DNA of 64,000 nucleotides. It comes from an uncultured Gammaproteobacteria bacterium (GTDB taxonomy: Bacteria; Patescibacteriota; Patescibacteriia; Magasanikbacterales; UBA922). The translations under genes and the position numbers were made by a program. The DNA is taken from positions 4,296-68,295 of the forward strand of contig CAYSPW010000001.1 of NCBI GenBank assembly GCA_964433095.1. The letters run 5' to 3'. Shown here piece after piece: positions 58,456 to 64,000 of this stretch (position 1 is its first letter; every line of letters starts with the position of its first letter). The notes under the pieces were generated by a model that saw nothing but the letters and a program-made list of their open reading frames with translations, ran no database searches and was not told the DNA's origin.

Positions 58456-58767
58456 TTACTTTTTACCCCGTTTAAGTTCTAAACCGGCCTCTGCTCGCTC
58501 CATTTTAATCTGTTCCATTATTTGATTGTGTCTGCGCTTGTGTTCCTCACTTATCGCCACTTGCCGGTTATACGGACTACCGTCATTGGGTTGCCATTGC
58601 CTCTCTCCCTTTTCTTTTATGCAATCTATCAGATCTTTTTTTAGTTCTTCATCGCTTAAATCCGGATTCAAAGCAAGATGGCAAAGCGGACAATAACCGT
58701 GCGATATTTTATCGCTGCTATTTTCTTGAAGGGCGATCCGTCCGCAATTGAGGCATACTATTTTCAT
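58456..58767 (-). CDS. small zinc-ribbon protein (CxxC...CxxC) between dnaK and dnaJ
   Basis: MKIVCLNCGRIALQ...GYCPLCHLAL, and a basic C-terminus. It is unusual inside the heat-shock operon. Confidence 0.45.
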   Translation of the reverse strand: MKIVCLNCGRIALQENSSDKISHGYCPLCHLALNPDLSDEELKKDLIDCIKEKGERQWQPNDGSPYNRQVAISEEHKRRHNQIMEQIKMERAEAGLELKRGKK

Positions 58768-58777
58768 ATTGCTTTTG

Positions 58778-58818
58778 ATTAAAAAAGAAACCGGCCTCCG
58801 TTCAAAGGAGGCGGTTTT
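58778..58818 (-). terminator. intrinsic terminator downstream of dnaK
   Basis: On the minus strand, AAACCGCCTCC...GGAGGCCGGTTT hairpin followed by CTTTTTT. The plus strand also shows a T-run, so it is bidirectional. Confidence 0.5.
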
Positions 58819-58825
58819 TAATTAT

Positions 58826-60778
58826 TTATTCTTGCTTATCTTCATCTTTTTTGTCTTCTTCTTCCACCACTTCGCCCTCCACGGTTTCACCTTCTTTGTT
58901 CTGATCCGACGTTTCTTCATTCTGTCGCGGCGGTTGATTTTTTTGTTTGGATGCCTCCTGTTGATATAACTTCATGCCTACCGCCTGCGCCGCCCGCGAC
59001 AATTCCTCGGATGCTTTTTTTATCTGTTCAGTATCATCACCGTCTTTGAGCTGCTTAAGCTTGTCCAACGCTTGATTTACTTTGTTTTTTTCTTCATCGC
59101 TCACCGAAACTTTTTTTTCTGCCACCTCTTTAATCATTTTTTCGGTGGTGTATACCATTGTATCTGCCGTATTTTTAACGTCAATCGATTCTCTTTTCTT
59201 CTTATCGTCCTCCGCATGACTTTCCGCGTCTTTTTTCATTTTCTCAATCTCTTCTTCAGATAATCCGCTTGAAGCTTCAATTCTGATTGATTGTTCTTTG
59301 CCGGTGGCTTTATCTTTGGCCGACACATTTAAAATGCCGTTGGCGTCAATATCAAACTTCACTTCAATCTGCGGCACGCCGCGAGGAGCCGGAGGAATTC
59401 CGTCCAGCATGAATCTACCCAAAGTCTTGTTGTCCGTCGCCATTTGCCTTTCACCTTGCAGTACATGAATTTCCACGGTCGGCTGATTATCCGCGGCAGT
59501 GGAAAAAACTTGTGTCTTACTGGTCGGAATAGTGGTGTTCTTTTCTATCAGCTTAGTCATAACCGAACCCAAAGTTTCCAATCCCAAAGAAAGCGGGGTT
59601 ACGTCAAGCAGCAGAATGTCTTTTCCCAAGTCTCCCTGAAACTGTCCGGCCTGAATAGCAGCGCCGATCGCTACCACTTCATCCGGATTGACGCTCACAT
59701 TTGGTTTTTTGCCGAAAAATTCTTCCGCCTTTTTTTGTACCAAAGGCATTCTGGTCATTCCGCCGACCAAAATAACCTCATCAATATCTTCTTTTTTGAA
59801 ACCGGAATCGGCAATCGCTTTCTTGACCGGTTCCATGGTCTTGTCAACCAATTCTCCAACCAACTCTTCCAGTTTGGCGCGACTCAGCTTTAAATTCAAA
59901 TGTTTTGGTCCATCGGGGGTAGAAGTAATAAAAGGCTCGTTAATTTCGGACTCAGGCGTGCTTGAGAGCTCTATTTTGGCCTTCTCGGCCGTGTCTTTTA
60001 CTCTTTGGAGTGACAATGGGTCTGAAGCCAAATCAACGCCCTCGATCTTCTTAAATTCTTCAATTATCCAATCAATAATCTTTTTATCAAAATCATCTCC
60101 GCCCAGATGCGTATCGCCGTTAGTGGCTTTCACTTCCACGGTTGACTGGTCGCCATCATGAGAAATATCCAGCACCGAAACGTCGAATGTACCCCCGCCC
60201 AAATCATATACTACGATTTGTTGGTCGTCTTTTTTATCAAAGCCATAAGCGAAAGCCGCCGCCGTCGGTTCGTTGATGATTCTTTTCACTTTTAAACCGG
60301 CTATTTCTCCGGCTGCCTTGGTGGCCTGACGCTGTGAGTCGTCAAAATAAGCGGGCACCGTAATTACCGCCTCTTCTATTTTTTCCCCAATCTTTTCTTC
60401 GGCATCCGCTTTTAATTTCTGCAGTACCATGGCTGAGATCTCGGGCAAGGTATATTCTTTATCGCCCATCTTCACCTTGATCCGATCACCGTCGGCAATA
60501 ATCTCGTAAGGCACGTGTCTTTTCACGTCCCGCACTTCCGGATCGCTGAACCGACGTCCGATCAAACGCTTGATGGAATGCAAAGTATTGTTCGGGTTGG
60601 TGACAGCTTGACGCTTGGCCAACTGCCCGACAAGTCTTTCGCCGCTTTTGGATACGGCCACCACCGACGGAGTGGTTCTGTTGCCCTGCTTGTTCTCCAA
60701 TACTTTGGGCTGACCGCCCTCAATAACGGCCATGCATGAATTGGTGGTTCCCAAATCTATTCCCAGTATTTTCCCCAT
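58826..60778 (-). CDS. dnaK: chaperone DnaK (Hsp70)
   Basis: [23 protein letters not shown], and an acidic C-terminus. Confidence 0.95.
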   Translation of the reverse strand: MGKILGIDLGTTNSCMAVIEGGQPKVLENKQGNRTTPSVVAVSKSGERLVGQLAKRQAVTNPNNTLHSIKRLIGRRFSDPEVRDVKRHVPYEIIADGDRIKVKMGDKEYTLPEISAMVLQKLKADAEEKIGEKIEEAVITVPAYFDDSQRQATKAAGEIAGLKVKRIINEPTAAAFAYGFDKKDDQQIVVYDLGGGTFDVSVLDISHDGDQSTVEVKATNGDTHLGGDDFDKKIIDWIIEEFKKIEGVDLASDPLSLQRVKDTAEKAKIELSSTPESEINEPFITSTPDGPKHLNLKLSRAKLEELVGELVDKTMEPVKKAIADSGFKKEDIDEVILVGGMTRMPLVQKKAEEFFGKKPNVSVNPDEVVAIGAAIQAGQFQGDLGKDILLLDVTPLSLGLETLGSVMTKLIEKNTTIPTSKTQVFSTAADNQPTVEIHVLQGERQMATDNKTLGRFMLDGIPPAPRGVPQIEVKFDIDANGILNVSAKDKATGKEQSIRIEASSGLSEEEIEKMKKDAESHAEDDKKKRESIDVKNTADTMVYTTEKMIKEVAEKKVSVSDEEKNKVNQALDKLKQLKDGDDTEQIKKASEELSRAAQAVGMKLYQQEASKQKNQPPRQNEETSDQNKEGETVEGEVVEEEDKKDEDKQE

Positions 60779-60869
60779 AATTTTTATTTAATTAGTTTAA
60801 TTATTTTTTCACTGACCGGCCGGTCGATTGTACAGACCGACAAGCCGGATCTGAAAAAAAACAATATTT

Positions 60870-61310
60870 TTATTCACCGGATTTTTTAACAACTTTGACG
60901 TTCACTTTTCTCACCTTGCTAGGCTCGGCTTTGGGGCACTTAATTCTCAACACGCCGTCCTCGAACTCAGCCTTTACATCATCCTCGTTTACCGCCGCTG
61001 GCAACGCCACCTGCCTGTAAAAAGAGCCGCTTCTCATTTCTTTTCTGTAGTAATTTTTATCGTCTACTTCGTGCTCCTTTTTGGTTTGGCCCTGCACCGT
61101 GAGCACTCCTTTTTCCACGCTCACGTCAACATCTTCGGGCTTGACTCCGGCGAGCGGAGTTTCCACCACCACGTTATTCTTGTCCTCGTATACGTCCATG
61201 GCCGGCACAAAACCGCGTCCGGCCTTATTGAAGGCTGACGGCAAGCGATTAACCATCGCTTCCATCTCTTCAAAAGGGTCCCAATTTGGCGACCATCTGA
61301 TTAGTGACAT
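60870..61310 (-). CDS. Hsp20/alpha-crystallin small heat-shock protein
   Basis: Alpha-crystallin domain (VDVSVEKGVLTVQGQ...GVLRIKCPK). A strong SD GGAGG lies upstream. GC is about 48%. Confidence 0.85.
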   Translation of the reverse strand: MSLIRWSPNWDPFEEMEAMVNRLPSAFNKAGRGFVPAMDVYEDKNNVVVETPLAGVKPEDVDVSVEKGVLTVQGQTKKEHEVDDKNYYRKEMRSGSFYRQVALPAAVNEDDVKAEFEDGVLRIKCPKAEPSKVRKVNVKVVKKSGE

Positions 61311-61429
61311 AATTTTTCCTCCGCCGACAGCCCGTTGCTTGAACTGCTGCCGGTTAATAATTTTTATTACTTATTATTTTACAATTACCGATATTTAATT
61401 ATTTGCATTCAACAAATTGATTATCTTTT

Positions 61430-61918
61430 TTAGTCTTCAGAAGAATTTACCACCACTTTAGCCGGCTTGATTACTTTTTCATGATGCGTATATCCGGCTT
61501 CCAGTTCTTTTGTGATTATATCATCCTCATACTCGCTTTTCTTTTCTCTGCTCAAGGCTTCGTGCTTTTGCGGATCAAATTGCTTTCCCACCGTTTCAAT
61601 CTCTTTTATGCCATGGCTTTGCAAAACCGACCAAAACTGCTTCATAATGAACGCAACCCCCTGCTTCCAGGCATTGTCTTTGCCGCTCTCTGCCGAAAAA
61701 AAAGCTTTCTTGAAGTTATCATAGACCGGTAAAAATTCTTCCAATATCTGCCGTTCGCTGATTCTGGCGCATTCACTCTGCTTGGCTGCCGTTTGCTTTA
61801 ATAAATTCTGATAATCGGCTACCGCGCGCTGCCAGCCGCTACGGTATTCCTCCAGCTCTTTTAATATCTTTTCTTGTTTTGTCGCCATGCTCTTTTTGCC
61901 TTGCTTTTGTTTTTTCAT
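61430..61918 (-). CDS. grpE: nucleotide exchange factor GrpE
   Basis: A coiled-coil N-terminal half and a beta-sheet C-terminal half (LEAGYTHHEKVIKPAKVVV). Confidence 0.85.
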   Translation of the reverse strand: MKKQKQGKKSMATKQEKILKELEEYRSGWQRAVADYQNLLKQTAAKQSECARISERQILEEFLPVYDNFKKAFFSAESGKDNAWKQGVAFIMKQFWSVLQSHGIKEIETVGKQFDPQKHEALSREKKSEYEDDIITKELEAGYTHHEKVIKPAKVVVNSSED

Positions 61919-61924
61919 AATTAT

Positions 61925-62278
61925 TTATTCTTCCATTTTATTTACCAAGGTCATTATCTCGCCGTAGTGTTTCTTGATGATTTCTGGTTGCCTGAAATTA
62001 GACGCGAATTCGGCCAAAGCATCGCAGACCCTGATAATATCCTGCTTGCTCGGTTTAGAGAAATTTCCTCCGATTTCTTCAAATTTATGTTTGACGATCA
62101 TTTCGGCATTTAAATTCTTCAACTTTTGCAATTCCCGATTGTCTTTAATTTCCCCGTATTCTCGCAGCTTTTGAAATATCTCGTCGTGTGCGTGAGCAAA
62201 GCATTTAATTACGGCGTCTCTCACCTTTGCAGGCGTGATCTTCTTATTTGTATCAACGCCATATATGATTTGATCCAT
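61925..62278 (-). CDS. hypothetical protein inserted between hrcA and grpE
   Basis: 117-aa hydrophilic helical ORF. I recognised no motif. Confidence 0.4.
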   Translation of the reverse strand: MDQIIYGVDTNKKITPAKVRDAVIKCFAHAHDEIFQKLREYGEIKDNRELQKLKNLNAEMIVKHKFEEIGGNFSKPSKQDIIRVCDALAEFASNFRQPEIIKKHYGEIMTLVNKMEE

Positions 62279-62293
62279 ATGCCATTTTATATT

Positions 62294-63001
62294 TTATCCT
62301 TCGGCCTGTGATTTGGCCGAATTGGAATTAACATATTCAATAATTGATAAATTTTTTTTGTAGTCCATTCTGATCGGTCCGAGCAAGGCCAGTACGGTTC
62401 TTGCTTCCAGTTTGGACGCGATCAACGCGCAAGCCTTACCGAACGGATTGTCTTTTCCGATAAAAACGCATGGCCTAAACAAACGCAACTCTCCGATCAC
62501 CGCCTGGGCTTTGTGTTCAAATTGATCGAAAATGGCGGAAAAATTAACCACGCGGTTGTAATCTTTGAATTCCGGCTGATTGAAAAGCGCGCTAAAACCC
62601 GTGTAGTAAACAAAGTTATTCTCCAGCACTATGGCCGCGTTGTCGCATTGCTCTGAAACGTATTTTGCCAAACGCTTAAAAAATTCCCGCCCTTCTTGCC
62701 CGCTGTTTTCCTTCAACATGATCCGGTCTATCTTGCCGGCCACTGATTTTTGCGGTGAACCGACAGTTATCAAATGATCCACATAATAGCGGTAGCCGGT
62801 TTCAGTGGGCATTCTGCCGGCTGAGGTGTGCGGATGAGTAAGCCAGCCGACCGATTCCATTTCGCGCATGTCGTTTCTTAAGGTAGCGCCACTCACCCCG
62901 AGACCGCCTTTTTCGGCCAACAACTTAGAGCCAACCGGTTCAGCAGTCTCAATATATTTCTCCACTATTAATTTAAGAAGTTTTTCTTGGCGCTTCCACA
63001 T
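62294..63001 (-). CDS. hrcA: heat-inducible transcription repressor HrcA
   Basis: Winged-helix N-terminus (EPVGSKLLAEKGGLGVSGATLRNDMREMESVGWL). The ATG at 63001 is preferred because the CIRCE element lies inside the longer TTG-initiated track ORF. Confidence 0.85.
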   Translation of the reverse strand: MWKRQEKLLKLIVEKYIETAEPVGSKLLAEKGGLGVSGATLRNDMREMESVGWLTHPHTSAGRMPTETGYRYYVDHLITVGSPQKSVAGKIDRIMLKENSGQEGREFFKRLAKYVSEQCDNAAIVLENNFVYYTGFSALFNQPEFKDYNRVVNFSAIFDQFEHKAQAVIGELRLFRPCVFIGKDNPFGKACALIASKLEARTVLALLGPIRMDYKKNLSIIEYVNSNSAKSQAEG

Positions 63002-63003
63002 AA

Positions 63004-63030
63004 TTAGCACTCTTATACTCTGAGTGATAA
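63004..63030 (-). promoter_or_regulatory. CIRCE operator (HrcA binding site)
   Basis: TTAGCACTC-N9-GAGTGATAA has one mismatch to the TTAGCACTC-N9-GAGTGCTAA consensus. It lies immediately upstream of the hrcA ATG. Confidence 0.6.
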
Positions 63031-63131
63031 TATACCATCCACTAAGATCCTTGTCAACACTTATCCACAACCAATGCCTGCGCCGCTATTTTAAAAAGGA
63101 GTAAACCGCTTTATTCAAGCCTTTTTTTAGA

Positions 63132-63725
63132 TTATTTCTCGGCCGCCCGCTTGTATTCTTGAATAGCGCCGATTTCGGACAATAGCACGTTTTCCACGTA
63201 TATGCCGCGCGAATAAAAAATTCTCTCCAATTCGTTCTTTAGTTCGGTTTCCACGGTGTCGCGCAAAGGCCCGATAATTTCCGCCTGATCAAACCGGCTC
63301 ATTACCATTCTGATTCTGCTTCTTACTGTCGGCCGAATAATCTTGGCTACAAAATCTTCGCCGATAGTCTGCCAAATTGACGGAATCTGATGCACGTCCA
63401 ATCGAAGCAGAATCGTACCCTCCACGCCGATTCTCTTGCCGTCTTGTGTAACGGCGGCAATCGGTATGTCGCCCATCGCTTTTTCATTTTCCAAAGTGAA
63501 ATTTCGTGAAATGCTGTATTCCAGAGTTTGCGTGTTAAAAAGTTTGGCTTTTTGCCAAAAAGGTATTTTAAAATGCAACCCCGGTGTTAATACTTTTTTC
63601 AACACTCCCCGACCTAAATCATATACACAGGCCACATATCCGGGGGGCACATAGATAAAAAATCCTTTCAATACATCCTCCATTACGAATGAATACATTA
63701 ATTTATCCAACGATTCTGAACTCAT
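63132..63725 (-). CDS. SPFH/Band-7 (prohibitin/stomatin/HflK-C-like) domain protein
   Basis: The SPFH core runs from GVLKKVLTPGLHFKIPFWQKAKLFNTQTLEY through IRMVMSRFDQAEIIGPLRDTV. No N-terminal TM lies within this ORF. Confidence 0.7.
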   Translation of the reverse strand: MSSESLDKLMYSFVMEDVLKGFFIYVPPGYVACVYDLGRGVLKKVLTPGLHFKIPFWQKAKLFNTQTLEYSISRNFTLENEKAMGDIPIAAVTQDGKRIGVEGTILLRLDVHQIPSIWQTIGEDFVAKIIRPTVRSRIRMVMSRFDQAEIIGPLRDTVETELKNELERIFYSRGIYVENVLLSEIGAIQEYKRAAEK

Positions 63726-63742
63726 ATATCTTTGTTAGTTTG

Positions 63743-63994
63743 TTAATTATTTTTTTGTGCTTTTGCCATGGATTTTTTTTCAGCCCTGGAAAATATCACT
63801 TTGCTTAAGTTAGAAATAATAGCGGAAAAAAACAATGAAGTCAAGATGAACAAAGCTTTAACCAAAGGCAGCCACCACAATATCACAAACACGGCCAAAG
63901 GGAAAAGTATAAAATATGCCAAGTCAGCCTTGGTCAGGCCGTATTTGCGCTTGCGGTAATTTAAATAAATTTCCGCAAACAACCATAATGACAC
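63743..63994 (-). CDS. small two-TM membrane protein upstream of the SPFH gene (possibly truncated by the window edge)
   Basis: Hydrophobic 83-aa ORF. It may extend beyond position 64000. Confidence 0.35.
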   Translation of the reverse strand: MSLWLFAEIYLNYRKRKYGLTKADLAYFILFPLAVFVILWWLPLVKALFILTSLFFSAIISNLSKVIFSRAEKKSMAKAQKNN

Positions 63995-64000
63995 TATACC

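Noticed and set aside
60816-60848. Intergenic hairpin between hsp20 and dnaK as a terminator
   Set aside because: The U-tract precedes the hairpin rather than following it on both strands. I reported it as a structural element instead.
1-64000. Search for CRISPR arrays, tRNA/rRNA genes, transposases and integrases
   Set aside because: I saw no direct-repeat/spacer arrays, no cloverleaf-like sequences with T-loop motifs in the intergenic regions, and no transposase or integrase-like ORFs.

Overview
This 64-kb window comes from a compact, low-GC (about 40%) bacterial chromosome. It is densely packed with housekeeping genes: pyrG, rplI, era, murA, dnaB, ybaB-recR, rplU, mraZ-rsmH-ftsL, uvrC/uvrA/uvrB, murJ, lepA, recJ, rnhA and the heat-shock operon hrcA-grpE-dnaK-dnaJ. 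There is also a surface-glycan locus with dTDP-6-deoxyhexose genes and four GT2 glycosyltransferases. I found no rRNA, tRNA, CRISPR array or obvious transposase. Few native genes have a Shine-Dalgarno sequence. Together with the reduced NER proteins and the high glycosyltransferase density, this suggests a reduced-genome, possibly CPR/Patescibacteria-like lineage; that is inference only.

The regions most worth a second look are:
1. 187..4142: a promoter, a structured leader resembling a cobalamin riboswitch, and an intrinsic terminator. These sit in front of a DUF4430 (transcobalamin beta-domain-like) gene, a secreted alpha/alpha-toroid multidomain protein and a small polytopic membrane protein. 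I read this as a putative corrinoid-scavenging module.
2. 46.8..48.0 kb: a 1.2-kb ORF-free, GC-enriched (about 52%) region with many stable hairpins capped by UUCG/GNRA loops and internal short repeats. It is a candidate large structured ncRNA that I could not assign to RNase P, tmRNA or an intron.
3. 32202..34955: a membrane-anchored, zinc-ribbon-containing Hsp100/Clp-like double AAA+ protein. Its first ATPase ring is degenerate, and it sits where ftsI would be, downstream of mraZ-rsmH-ftsL.
4. 37382..38014 and 39501..40652: two GC-enriched plus-strand genes with strong SD sites bracketing uvrC. One is a transglutaminase-like Cys-His-Asp fold protein and the other is a 383-aa helical protein.
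5. 19182..21114: a Nudix/Nudix-pseudogene/HIT cluster.
6. 21098..27399: a lipid-glycan locus around pgsA with two paralogous giant membrane proteins.

Coordinates follow the supplied ORF track. Where a later start fits better I say so. Motif coordinates may be off by 1 nt.
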